In this document: positions 62,908-64,000 of the stretch, piece by piece
How positions within the stretch are numbered: the stretch's first letter is position 1
Layout of the letters: each line of letters begins with the position of its first letter
Assembly (NCBI RefSeq): GCF_009914755.1
Contig: NC_060930.1
Strand: one strand, 5' to 3'
Source: the human T2T-CHM13v2.0 reference genome, Homo sapiens
Length of the DNA: 64,000 nucleotides
Translations under genes and position numbers: made by a program
The notes under the pieces: model-generated
What the model saw: only the letters and a program-made list of their open reading frames with translations
Databases searched by the model: none
What the model was told of the DNA's origin: nothing

Positions 62908-63892
62908 TCTGTGCCTTCTCTTACAGTGCCTATTGCTATTTCTACAAGTTTGCCAATCTTTTCTTTATATAATATGTAATTTGTCATTAATCTCATGTAT
63001 TGTATTTTTATCAAAGACATTATAATGTTCCCCTCTCAAAAAGTTTGATTATGCCTCCACATAATTTTAAAAAGTCTATTAAATGCAGTTATAATGACTG
63101 TTTTAATGTTCTATTTTGATATTTCCAATTTCTCTCAGTTCTGGGCCTGTTTCAATTAATCCTTTCATTTTTTTTCCTATTTTCCTTTATTTTATGCCTG
63201 TTAATCTTTGATAATCTTTGCTAGTCTTTGACATTGTGAATTTTACTTGTTGGGTGCTAGATATTTTTGTGTTCCTAAAAATATTCTGGCGCTTTCTTCT
63301 GGGATGCAGTTAAGTAACTTAAAAACAGACAGCATTTTTCTAGACTTTCTTTTAAGATGTTAGTCATAACTAGCGCAGTGTTTTCTCTTGGGCTAATTAT
63401 TCCTTACTACTGAGTCAAGACCCTCTGAATTTACCCATGCCCAGTGAATTATAAGGTTTTGTAGTCTGGCTTGTGGGAACAGGCACTATTCCCAGCCCAG
63501 TGTGAGCACTAGGTTCTGTTTTCTCTAATCCTTTTAGGTGGTTCTTTTTCCAACATCAAGCAGTCTCATCACATGTATACGCTGATCAGACTCTGCTGAG
63601 TATTTGAAGGAGATCCTCTGGAGACCTCCATAGTGCCTTCTCTGTTCATTACTTTCCCCTCCAGTACTTTGTTCTGTGAACTCTGTCTGCCTTGGTCTCA
63701 CTGGATTCTCAGTTCTGTTACCTCAACTCAGGGAATCCACACGTTCCAGCTGGCTTTATCCTCCCTGAATCACAACTTAGCATCTCCCTCAAAACGGTAA
63801 CCCAGAGTAATCAGAGAATCCGCCATGTCTTCCGTCTAGCAGGAATTACGTCTTTCTTGCCTGATGTCTCATGTCTTGAAAGTTGTTGTTTC

Positions 63893-64000
63893 TGCCGGGC
63901 ACAGTGGCTCACGCTTGTAATCCCAGCACTCTGGGAGGCCGAGGCGGGCGGATCACGAGGTCAGGAGATCGAGACCATGGTGAAACCCTGTCTCTACTAA
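63893..64000 (+). mobile_element. AluY-lineage element with a 12-bp left-arm deletion (Yc/Yd class), runs off the window
   Basis: GAGATCGAGACCATGGTGAAACCC lacks TCCTGGCTAACA. Confidence 0.85.

Overview
Human non-coding genomic DNA. The species call rests on an AluYb8 copy at 1795-2121, a human-specific subfamily. I find no intact protein-coding gene, RNA gene, CpG island or CRISPR array. Nearly every ORF in the supplied track is an Alu, L1 or low-complexity artefact. The window is dominated by interspersed repeats: about 34 Alu/FLAM copies, five minus-strand L1s (one a 5'-intact, roughly 9.7-kb-spanning L1MA packed with nested insertions), MaLR solo LTRs, hAT/Tigger DNA transposon fossils, and L2/MIR/L3 relics. 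The one gene-derived feature is a full-length processed pseudogene of ATP5PB (ATP synthase peripheral stalk subunit b) at about 57832-59030 on the minus strand, inserted in an old L1. It is the most interesting object here: where it differs from modern human ATP5PB it repeatedly matches rodent/bovine residues, so it looks like a molecular fossil of the gene from before later primate-lineage changes. I cannot support a genuinely new biological system from sequence alone. The other findings are insertion stratigraphy, microsatellite births, non-B-DNA motifs and weak regulatory or lncRNA-exon candidates. Subfamily names and reference protein sequences are recalled from memory and need RepeatMasker/BLAST confirmation; boundaries of old repeats are approximate.
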